Made by a program: the position numbers and the translations under genes | The notes under the pieces: generated by a model | The model's database searches: none | What the model was told of the DNA's origin: nothing | The model's input: only the letters and a program-made list of their open reading frames with translations | In this document: positions 50,288 through 61,563 of the stretch, piece after piece | How positions within the stretch are numbered: the stretch's first letter is position 1 | How the letters are laid out: each line of letters starts with the position of its first letter | From: Podospora anserina | Lineage: Eukaryota | DNA length: 64,000 nt | NCBI GenBank assembly: GCA_017654855.1 | Contig: CM030335.1 | Location: 2,480,001 to 2,544,000, forward strand | Direction: 5' to 3'

Positions 50288-52272
50288 TTAGGAAAAGAGA
50301 AAGATATGGAGGATGGGAGCGGGCGGAAGTTAAATAGGTCGGTCGGTCGGTCAGTCAATGAGCAAACAGGATAGAGAGAGAGTAGGGCTGCCGGTTCAAG
50401 GCAGGCGGGCGCGGGGTGGCTGAGCTCATGTGTCAGGCCGGGGCAGGAGCCACCTTCTGGCCCAGGCAGAGGCAGGGAAGTGCAGGGAAGGCGCCAGAAC
50501 GGGCCAGTCAGAGCCAGTTCGGTGGTTTGTTGTTGTGGGGCGAACAAGGGCAATCAGGTCCGTCTGATAACACCAGCCTCGCCGCGCAGCTCTTGCCACA
50601 ACCGGAGTTGATGAATAAGCACTGGAAGTTCCAGTCGACTTTTGCGGACTTGTGCAGCAAATGAGTCCGTGATGGTCACGGTTTTATGTTTCGCCTTTGT
50701 TTGTCTCAATTCCACATGGTTGACGCCTTTGGGTCTTTGCCCTTCGTGACCGGCACTCTTCGTCCTCAGTTTTGCCAAACCCTTCCAACCTTGCTGCTGG
50801 GCCCTCCCCCGCATTTACCGATAAGACCAGGGTCCTTGTGACGTGGACGAGTTGGTGCACCCAACTGGCATGGCATCATGACGACCGACCTGCAACAGAC
50901 AGGACAAACAGATGCCTTTGAGGATTACTGCTGTTGTAGCTATCTAACTGTCAAAATCAGCTATTCCTCCAGATTTTGAGTAAGTAAAATCATCTAAAGC
51001 CTCTTGAGGAATATCTGTAAACTTCCCATCACTGAATGTCGGTCAGCTGAGGCCGACCCCCGACCTTCCCGAAAAGCGGGGCAGGCGGTGAGCGTGCAAC
51101 CCGGGCCTTGCCGTGCTTGATGGCGAGATCACAAGAGGTTCGGCCCTCTGCCGGATCTGGAGAGATACAGTGCCCGTCGTATCGAACATCGCCTACTCCC
51201 TACAGCTTTTTGCTTCGCATAGTGCGGACTATGAGCAGATGAGAAGGCTTTCGACTTCTTGTAAGTCGACACACAACCTCAGCCTTCTTATGCATATCCA
51301 CTGGCGATCGCCCGCCCTGCTCCACCAACTCCAACACAACAGCCGCTCCAACTCCTGACACAGAGAGGCTACCAGAACGCCCGACGCCTTGTGAAACTTT
51401 AAGGCATACTCCAAGTGACAGGTGTAGTTTCCAGTACCCGAATTTCATGCCGAAAAGTCCTTCCCAAAAAACCTTCGAAAAATAGCATCATCAACTTGCA
51501 ATGAGAGAGCGAAATGTCACCATCATCAGTTGTCTCCAACAACGTCATCGGCCGGGACCCTCTTTCCGCTCCACCAGTGCCTCGACCCACAACGCCAGAT
51601 CGACAGGGGTCAGCTAACAACACTTCCTTCGCCAACATGACCAAAAACGTCAAAGGAGCTGGCCACAAGGCTACATGAAACACTATTTTTACCAGACCTC
51701 CGAATAATTTATTACTCGAGACTAATTGTTTATGCCGGTAAACCAGATCCTGTTTCAACAGCTTTCGGTGTTTCGACATGGTTTGCTGTGATATACCCTT
51801 CTCTCAACCAAACTGATGTTGACGATTTCAAGTAGGAACGTTTTGTAGAAAGCAAAGCCAGTTCCTAGTGATCCCGGTCACTTACTGCCTTTGGGCGGCT
51901 CTGTGGCCCAAGCCTCCTACAGCCTTGACAAGACCGTTGCCGTAGTCCTCTCGGGATAGCTACCAAAGTCAGGTTTAGGTCGCTTTTATCTCCGATACCC
52001 CAGATTTCAGAAGCCAGTCGCAACCATGATGACCACCAGATGTTCGGTAGATAACGGGCTAGGACAGCTTCAAAATCGCTACACATCTATCAGCGCCCTG
52101 CTCCCACTAACCAGCTCTCGAGACAATCATCTCCGATTCAACCATGTTGATAGCTTCCGTAGCGGCCAGTATTCGGCGTGCCATGCTGTTTTGGATCTTG
52201 AGTTCCGTTAGCATATTCTGAAGCCCTTGAGAATAAGGCAAGATGAAGACTCCCGAACAGCCTCAAAATCTC

Positions 52273-52278
52273 TATAAA
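52273..52278 (+). promoter_or_regulatory. Probable TATA box of the secreted repeat-protein gene
   Basis: TATAAA followed by a pyrimidine-rich leader, about 255 bp before ATG 52533. Confidence 0.45.
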
Positions 52279-52532
52279 GGGCATCCAGCACCCCCTTTCA
52301 AGTGGAAGATTTTCTCTCATCATCACAACATTCCTTCTCAACTCATCCACTTGCCGGTCAAGTGTCTTTCAATTCAGCATTCCTTCATCTTAATTTCTCT
52401 TTGGGTTTCTGGCAAACCACTTCATCATCACGCACTCCTTCAAGCAAAAACAATATCAGCACACTATCCATCTTCCGGTAACAGGTTACCCAGCCCACCA
52501 TAACCAACACCTCCCTTATCCAACCCAACAAG

Positions 52533-53120
52533 ATGAAGACCAACACCCCCCTCCTCCTCACTCTCGCCCTCTCCCTCGCTTCCTTTTCAGTCGCCACCCC
52601 CGTCCCGTCTTCCCACTCCAGTATCAACCGCCGCTCCGGCGCCCCTGCTCATCCCAGGCACATCACCCCTTCCCTCTCCAAGCGCGCCCAACGCGGCTCC
52701 TCGGAAGCCGCCGATCCCACATATCAACAACCGGCCGGGCCCCTTTCTGATGGGTCTTCCCCCCGTTCTTCACCCATGCAGGTCGACTCGGGGAGCGACC
52801 GCTCTCCCTCCCCTCAGCAGCCGCAACATGATTCCGATATGGACGCCGAGGGCGAGACGGATTCCGAAGCCGACGCCATTGGCGAGACAGATTCAGAGGC
52901 GGACGCTATCGGCGAGACAGATTCAGAGGCGGACGCTATCGGCGAGACTGATTCAGAGGCGGACGCTATCGGCGAGACTGATTCTGAGGCGGACGCTATC
53001 GGGAGCCCGGATCCGGATTATGTCGCTCCCTCTGGTGGTGCTGGAAGGGGGGATGGAGGGCAGGGCAGGGGCGGTGCGCAGGGGCAGGGGGCCGGGAGAG
53101 GACGGGGGACGAATGCTTAA
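52533..53120 (+). CDS. Small secreted protein with acidic decapeptide repeats and Gly/Arg-rich tail
   Basis: Signal peptide MKTNTPLLLTLALSLASFSVA, dibasic RR and KR sites, 5x GETDSEADAI. Confidence 0.75.
   Translation: MKTNTPLLLTLALSLASFSVATPVPSSHSSINRRSGAPAHPRHITPSLSKRAQRGSSEAADPTYQQPAGPLSDGSSPRSSPMQVDSGSDRSPSPQQPQHDSDMDAEGETDSEADAIGETDSEADAIGETDSEADAIGETDSEADAIGETDSEADAIGSPDPDYVAPSGGAGRGDGGQGRGGAQGQGAGRGRGTNA
52851..53000 (+). repeat. Coding tandem repeat, 5 x 30 bp (GETDSEADAI)
   Basis: Units start at 52851, 52881, 52911, 52941 and 52971 and differ only at synonymous positions. Confidence 0.95.
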
Positions 53121-54753
53121 GCTTTAAGTTAATGTGGTTGATAGTTGAGGTGGGGGTTGAAGTAAAGGGTGGATTGGGGGATTGGTATGAACCGTACTAG
53201 GGCTGGTACCCAGTACTGGATAGCTGGATAGGCTGAATAACACGCTCCTTTACCCTCTCGACATTGTTTGTTTACAGTTTGTGTGAACCCGATCATGTCT
53301 ATGCATATCACGCAACTATGCCTTGACATCAGCTACCTTACCTGCCCACGAACCCTAACCCTCCATTAAACACCCCCCCCTGAACCCCCTTTGGTTCAAC
53401 CTCAACCACACCCATCAAGACCCCCAGTCTCGGTCTCCAGAATCGGAAACACACAATGGCCGAGATAAATTCTGGTCAAGCCCAGTTTCTGCAGCATGAT
53501 CGGGCGATTACTAACGTTTTGCCAATACTTCAAGCCTCACCCGTCATTTTGCAGGCGTGGATGCGGCGGTGGGATCCTGCTAATGTATGTTGTACAGTAA
53601 GGCGGGATGGACGGCGAGGCTAAAAAGGTTCGGAGGGGTGAGGTAGATACGACAACTTGTCACTGCTCAGTCAGTGAATGAGTGTGCCTCGCTCTTACCT
53701 ATTCCTCCCCCTCGACCACCCCCCCAATGAGTAAAATCGGGGGCAGCGTTGGCTTCAGGCCCTCTTATGCTGAACACCGCCTTCAAGTCACCAACATCAC
53801 CAAGAGCGCATGGAAATAGTTTGATCAATACCAAAATTCCCATTGTCCCATTGTCCCATTTCACATACCACATCACATCACATCACATCTTCATCTCTAT
53901 ATGGCTTATCATCCCCAGCAGCACATCTCCCCCCATCTACCTCACTTGCGCGAAGCAAATCTTGGTACCAAAAATTTAAACCTCTTATCTTTCCATTCAT
54001 CATCTCCTCTTTTGAAAAAACATCAGCTACATATCTTCACCCTCTTCCTCCCACACTTCCATCAACTATTCAACCGCCCCCTTTGGAAACCCTCTTGAAA
54101 CTCCCAAACTCCCTCCCCCACCTGCCCATTTTCTTCTTCTCTTCCTCCCAGTAATAGCAGTTCGCTCTTGTGCTCGCTTGCAAGCATGTCATTGTTGGGG
54201 AGGGGGGGGGAAACTCATCGCAATTGGTTCATGATGTGCGCCCCGTCGTATTGAATGTTGTTGTTGTGATTAACTTAATTCGATCGCATTGAGGAGTCAT
54301 TTCCGTTATAAAAAAAATTGAAAAGAAAAAAAAAGATGTAGAGAGTCATGATCGCATTGCGTTGTGTTCGTTTCCGCATCCGCAGGGCCTTTCTCTAAAA
54401 GACAGTAAAGAAGTTTTGTGAAGAAAGTTTCGTTCGTGGGAGTGAGAGTAACATCGTTTTGCCCGTGCCGTCGTGAAAAAATAGTTGGAAGCGTAAGGGT
54501 GTTGTTGACATGAGATAACAGAAAGCCAGTACAAAAAAAGCAATAAACGCCGTCGCTTAGCTTGAGAAGAACCCCCAAAGAAAATCATCAGATGAAAAAA
54601 CAGGAAAAACAACACCAAAAGCAAAAAACCACATGTAAGATCCGGATCAACCACCGCAGATGTTGGTATCGTGATGGCATGATGGGACGCTTTTGTCCAT
54701 GCTGAGACGATGCTGGAATGTTTTTTGTGCGTGTTCAAAAGGCAGAGCGTCAC

Positions 54754-57333
54754 TTAGTTGGCACGGATGACGAGCTTTGAGAGGAGCTTGTTTGATAATG
54801 AATCAAAGTCATAACGGTCAAACTTGGAGTCCGCACGCGTCCGGAGGTAAGACTCTGTGGAATCAAGTTAGTCTTCTGTGTCACGGATATAAAAGATAGG
54901 GGTATTCTCACCATGCTTGATGACGTGCTGTCTGACTTCGGTCATGGCGTCACAGACCGCAGGGTTGTTGTTCAAGAGCTGACCGTGTCTCCGGGTGTCC
55001 CACTCAGTGAATGATGGAAGCTTCTGGGAGATGGCGTGGAAAAGACCAACAATGACACCCACTGGGACAGTCTCCATGTCGGTGCAGAACTTCTCAACGG
55101 CAACTGGATCCGGCACGCGGTAGTGGCAGTCGAACTGGATCTCCTCCCAGACGGCAAGAAGGATGGAAGCGAGCATGAAGATGGTTGGCCAGTTCTTCAA
55201 GCGCTCACCACTGTACACGCTAGAGTAAAGCGCAGAGAGTTCCTCCAGAACATCTTTCTGAAGCTCACGCCACAAATCGGCCATGGCGCACTTGATCTGG
55301 AAGTTGATCATGACTGGGGCTACAACCTTTCCATAGTACTTTGAGTCCTCGTCATCAATCTGGCCCTCCATAGCAGCCTCGGTTTGTGGTTGCTCGATCA
55401 TGGTGATGTGAAGGGTGAGGTTGTAAGCCACAACAAGCTTGAGAGCCTTGCGAATGACGGGCGATCTTTCCTTGGCGTAGTAGCGGTATGCGGTCTTGAA
55501 GATGTCGGTGATGAAAGGAGTGCCCTCAAAGTGGTCGTCAATGAATCTTTCGAAGCCCTCGTCAATGTGCTTGTCAAGGTATTCAGAGAGAGCCTCGGAC
55601 GAGATACCCTCCTGGCCAACATCAAGGTGCTCCGTGCGGATGTCAAACTCAATAGGTTCTTGATCAGTCAAAGTCGACTCAACCCAGTCAACCTGGAAGC
55701 AGCTGTCATCAGCCACATACACCTCGCGGACCATAACCGGAAGAGCAAAGCCATAGCCGTGGGTGATCCACATGAGGGTCTCCTTTTGAGCGAAACCCTT
55801 GACGTTGAAAACCGACATTCCACGGCCAAGATGACGCTCGTAATCAGCCTTCCAGTCCTTCATGAAATAGCCGATATCCTTGATGTCAATACGAGTGCAA
55901 GGAACTTGCCAGAGACGCGCGTGAGATGGCTGACAACCAGCACAAGGCTCGCCCTTGTCACAGGTCTTCTTGAGGAACTTGCAGCGAAGGCAAGCGCGAA
56001 GCTTCCTAATTTCACTGGCCTGCTTGCGTTGCTCAGGAAGCAAAGGCCCACGACGCCTGCCAACCTTCTTCTCGCCCGTCCCATCCTTCTTGCCGGTTGA
56101 CGTCCTCCGAATTACCGACTTGGTGGCCTTGGCAATGGGGCTCTTTCTCGTCCCAGAGTTTCTTCTGGCGGGAGGTGAGACGGACCCAGCTCCGCTACCG
56201 CTGGCAACTGGTCTGCTGGTGGCGGCGATGGTCTTGATAGACATGGGGGCAACAGCAGCGGCTGGACTGATCAGTTCGGCTGATGTGGACTGATGAGGGT
56301 GATGTTGTTGGTGGCTGTGCTGGTGGTTGTGCTGGTGATGATGGTGGTGGTCACCAGGGGGACAGTTTCGGTGGTTCGATGATGGGTCTACATAGCTGTC
56401 GGAACCAGGCGAGTAAGGGGAATATGGTGGGAAGGAGACCTCTTCGTAGCTGCCAAACTCGAGAGAGTTTCTGTCAGATGTAGATGACCCCGACTCGCTG
56501 CGCAAGTGCAGGGTTTGACTTGGGTTGAAAATTGCAGCGTTTTGGGTGTAGTTCGGAAACATCGGGTCAACTGTTGTCCACCCGTTGTCGCTGCTGCCAC
56601 CAAGCGACAAAACCTCCAAGTATGTCCCCGTGGGTGAATGGCTTCCCAGACTGCTTGTCACGCCCCGTGGAAGACCGTCGGGGTGGAAACCAATGGGCTC
56701 AAAATCCTGCCAGTTTGCCATGCCAGAGGTCCCCCACTGCAATGCCTGGGAGCCGTCGTCGACTGGTGAAATGGCAAACGCGGGCTCCAACTGTAACCCT
56801 TGATTCTCCAAGCCCTGAGTGGTCGCTGGAAGATACTCGATGGCGCCCTGCTGAAAGCCGGTCATGAAAGGGTTGAAGTGCATCAAGGCCGAGTCCTGGA
56901 TAAACTGAGAAAGATCAGTAGTCGCTTGCTGGGTGGGAAGAGGCCAGTCCGAGATGAGACCTGTTGGGTTCTGGTGGGCAGCTGTGTGGTATGGGGAGTG
57001 CTGCTGTTGAAGAGGGCTCGACATGGCGCTCTGGTGAGTCGGTGAATGGGCACTGTGGTCATCGGGCGATGAAGCTGCTCCACTGGCAGAGTTGGGAGAG
57101 TGAACCGACACAGGCGCGCTCATGGTGCCGGTGAGGTCAAGTGGAAGCCAGCTCGTAACTGGGCTCAGGCTTTGACGACTTGACTGGGACATGGTTGTCA
57201 AGGCGGTGGAGGTGATGTTCTGGAGAGGAGCGGAGGAGACGGCAGTGGTATAGGAGTAGCGGTCGCGATGATCATATCTGAGCTGCTCCAGCAAAGGGTC
57301 CCCCCCAACAGTGTTGTTGAACTCGAAGTTCAT
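54754..57333 (-). CDS. Zn(II)2Cys6 transcription factor with central zinc cluster; exons 57333-54912 and 54854-54754
   Basis: RACLRCKFLKKTCDKGEPCAGCQPSHARLWQVPC preceded by basic NLS-like KKVGRRRGP; GCCACCATG start; intron 54855-54911 gives the terminal ...LSKLVIRAN*. Confidence 0.88.
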
Positions 57334-60300
57334 GGTGGCTAATCCGAAGCGGAACCAGGAACCAGAAATTGTAAAAGAGAGGTTGGCAAAGAGGGGATTG
57401 GAGGTTGTTCGGATGGAATTGTAGCGTGAGTGCCAGGGGCGGGCGTGGACAGACCGACACCGCTCTTTCTTTTTGGGCGTATCGATATTTGTCGGTCAGG
57501 AAAGGCTCATGTCATAACAAGCATCAAGCGCGGCTTGTCGTTCCTCTGCTGTACTCGTGGTCTCTCGAAGACTCCCAGTCGTAACGTCGTGACAAAGAGG
57601 AGAGGTGAGGCTGGTAGAGGACGAGAAGCTTGTGAAGGCCGAGTATGAGTGCTGCACGGCCTTGTCGTCCTTTGGGTCCAGTCCTGTCCTGTCCTTGGGA
57701 GCCAGAGGGTGTTTGTCGGTGGTTGTCTTTGGGGAGTTGCAGGAAGAGGAGGGACCACCACAAAGACAAGACCAGTGGCTCGTTCTCCCTCTTCTCACTT
57801 CTCTTCTCACGCAACCCGCTCCACAGCAGTCCGTTGAAGAGGCGGTGAGCATGCATCGACCCCCGGTCCCGTCGGCGATGCTAATTGGGTGGGTCGTGCA
57901 CGGATAAGGTGGGCACAAGTTCAAGTGCCGGCCAATCATTGAGGCGCTAAACCTGGTTGACAGTGGGCTGCTGCCAGCACCACTCCGTCCTGTCAACCCC
58001 CTCCCGCACTGTACAGGGACCTCCTCGCCTTGCCGAGAGCCTGGATCCCCAACCCCTCACCCAGCTGCCAGCTCCAGACATCTCAGTGTTTGTCCAAGAT
58101 GGTGCGAGGTCCACAGAACCCTGAAGGGATCGAAGGGACGGGGAACGGGACGGGATAGCTAAGCGTATGGACCATGCTGACCACCCTATGCCTAGGAGAT
58201 GACGCTCACGATATTAAGAGGAAAGCAAGACATACATATCCCGTACGCCAGCACAGCCATTGATATTGATGATCAGTTTGCTCTCGCAGATCCCAAGAGG
58301 CTGGCTGCCCAGGTGCCCAGCCGAACCAGTCGATATCCAGGTCGGAGTTTTCTTTTGGTGCTTGCGCTATCGACAAGACCGGCTTTCCAGCATCAGGTGT
58401 CGCCCATATGGTCTTGTGGGCCCGGCGGCTTGGCCCGTTGAGCCATCTGCCATGGACGTCGAACAACCTGTCACTGACAGACAGCCTTCGGACGCTCATC
58501 AGCAAGGCAGGGCTCCAGCACAGCATCACGACTCCTATGCACTGCAACAAGCAGTGGTGGCAAGTAACGATGCAAACGTGCTATCTCGGCTTCTACCGAA
58601 TCAATTCTCTCCTTGATGGCCCGGACTGGCGGCTGCTCTCTTTCTCCCCGGCGCTGTGCTGCGATATGAGAGCATTCCAGATGGCTTTCATGCTGCCATC
58701 CGCCTCGTCATACCCTTCGCCCGGCTTTGGCTGAATTCTCTTGCTCGTCTTCCCAGCATGGTTGTTTCATGTCATCGGTGAGACCCCGCGCCCGCCGCCG
58801 GCCCATTGAGACATTCTCAGGCTTCCATGTCAGTTCACTGGACTGGCATAAAACTGCTGGATTTCCAGGCGAAGCGAGTCCGGTGAGCCCCCGGACGCAA
58901 GGGAAGAGGGGAGTGCAGCAGGCAGTGGGCGATTACTTATCGTTGGCATGCGCCTCGTCATGTCCAAGGTGGTGCGTGGCTCCTAATAGTTCTGTACAAC
59001 ATCTCGCGGCATGAGGACACCACGAGGCACAAGCACAAGTCCGCGGCCATGCCAATTGCCAGCTGCCAGAGATATCCCACAGGAAGTACAGACACAGTGA
59101 GAAGTCGGTCCCGTGTCGTATGCAGCACTGCGGCGCGATTCGGGCCCAATGGTAGCATTCGGCTCTGATGGCGAGTGTTGAATTGATGATGGATGGTGGA
59201 CGGTCATGAGGGTTGCTGGTCAGGGCACAGCGAAGTCCTTGCAGGGGCCAATCGTTGATCCACGCCGTTTCCCCGCGCTTATCTGATCTGCCCAGTGCGG
59301 GTGCGGGGCCCCCAGCTCTTCTCTCAAACACCTTGGACCCTGAATTGACTTCAAGGCCGTTGGGGGCTTTGATATCAAAGTTCAAAAGGGACTGGATCGT
59401 GATACCCAAACAATCCTGTGCCAACATGGACTTTGGGAATATTCAGCAAACATTCCAAACAGGGGATAACAATTCCTTCTCGCCAGAACCCTCGTCGACC
59501 CCTTTGCTATCCCGGTCAGCGACATGGGCCCCTCTCGTCAAACGTCCTCACCTCGACGCCGGGGATCAGCATCCGGCCCAGGGTTATCGGAAGAGGCGTT
59601 GAACGAGGCCGGCTCGCGACCTCATCACTCCATACAAAGGCAGCAGAAACGATAAGTTCAAGCCACGTTTCTGACGATCGCCCATGCTTTGTCTTCAAAA
59701 AGAAAACAAAACCCACGCTCGGTCGAGAACCTCCTCCTCTTTCTGAACTCCACACCAACCCCCACGAACCGAACAACTCCGGAAGGGGGTTCTGGTTCGG
59801 AATTCTTTCCACTGATCTCCAGTGACCTGCTCCGTGCTCTCCTGTAGAGTTACGCTGAAGTCAACTCTGACACAGGAGACAATGGACATCCTTTGACCGC
59901 TGAGGCTTGGGATCAGTGCTCATGGGATTCATGTGCCATATCCGCCACAACTCCTGTCCAACACATACATATGCGTCTAGAAAGGGGAAACCGCACCCTG
60001 GCCACATGGCCCGCCGGTTCTGGACAAGCGATAGGAAGAGGATCAGCCACACTCCCACACGACTCCGACCGCGAGACGCCGAGCAAGCGCTTGTTCTGTC
60101 CCACAAGCACCCAAGATCTTTTCGAGGGGCGAAGTCGATGCTAATGGTGCATCTTGATCCAAATCAGGAAATCCCCCTATTGTTTCTTGTGCTTCCAAAA
60201 GGAGGGGTTGCAGCAAAGGTGTGGGTGTTTGACGGCCGGCAACTGTCTACCGGAGGGACACCCGGGCCACCCCTGACCGATCTATCCGGATCTGTGCCAT

Positions 60301-61563
60301 CGGCCGGACGCGATGCTTGTTTTGCTAACCCTGCCGGGATGTCTTCCAAGGACGGTTGAAGTCAAGAACGCGACGTGACTCCACTGAAGGCCAAGACGTT
60401 GTCGTTTTCGTCCTAGCTTGTTCGTACTCGATGAAGACTTTTTCTTTGCGTCTGAAGTCGTCCGGGCATGCCGGGGTTTTCCTCGCCACTTTCGTGGTGT
60501 TGTTCGCATGCTTTGCTGGCGGGAATTCGTGTCGTTCGTCGGTTGATGGTACGGGTGATGGGAAGAAGACTGACTGACTGACTGACAACGCCGACAGTTG
60601 GTCTATGGTGGCGGAACTACCCGCTAGTTGGCTTTCGTAGCCGGACAAACTCTGGAGAGGTTGGCGATCACACAAGATAGCTCCGATGTGTTCAGCTCCT
60701 CAGTTGATGATCTGCTGCTGGTTGATTCCGGGTCTCCCTAGCAACAACCACGATGGCTTCGGTTAAGTAGACGGCGGTAGAGATTGTTTTCGGTCTCCAC
60801 CAAAAGATTAGGTGCTGTAAAAGATTAAGTTGATGTGATATTTGGACGGGTTGTACTGTAACGAACATCGGATGTTTACCTTGTAAGAGATGGGCGGAAT
60901 ACCAGGCCACGTTGAATCAAGTGTAGAGATCGAAGATGGAGAGAGAAGCTACCCGGAGCTTGCGGCCGGCGTTTGTCGGAGTTGACTGCTAAGCACCGGA
61001 GCTCCCCTCCGCTCCGGCCGGCCTTGGGCCGGGACTACCGGCTTGTTCGGCTCGGTGGTCTTGGCACGCCTCGGCCGGTGGGACAGCCCCAGGATCCAGA
61101 GAGAAAATAAGGTCCAAACAGCATTGGATACGTTTCAGTCAGTTGGCTCAAATATCACCTAAACAATCAGAAGATCTACCAGACGAAGGCGAAGACGTTT
61201 ATTCTCCGCCGTTCACAGATACCAAGCTCTCCAAGTGAATCAAATGACAAGAATGACCCGCTTTTCTCCATCCCCAACTTTGACGTTCTTGGCATCTGGC
61301 AGCCACAAGGCAAAACCTCACACACATTGAACCTACATACCCAATCGACCGTTGTGCGAGAACGCCGCAAACGATCAGTGGCTTTTCATTATGCGGCCGG
61401 TGATGAATTCAAAAGCGGTGTAGTTTTTTTGGTGAACAATATTACCGGCACAGACGATTGTTCATCACCTCGCTCACCCCGCTATTCGACTTGAGCACAC
61501 CCCTGAAAACCACGCTTTCACAACAAAGACTCCCACTCACAACAACCGGGCTCTCACTCACAA

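Noticed and set aside
51100-51270. Telomerase RNA three-way junction, tRNA or RNase P identity for the structured island
   Set aside because: No TAACCCTAA-type template upstream and ubi4 occupies the needed space; the T-loop-like hairpin lacks the invariant A and a cloverleaf; the minus-strand GGAAGGTCGG has no matching CR-V partner.
52851-53000. 30-bp repeat array as CRISPR-like
   Set aside because: Direct tandem units with no spacers, in frame inside a eukaryotic CDS.
60916-60926. ATCAAGTGTAG resembling U2 snRNA
   Set aside because: The match ends before the GTAGTA branch-pairing region, and the flanks do not resemble U2.
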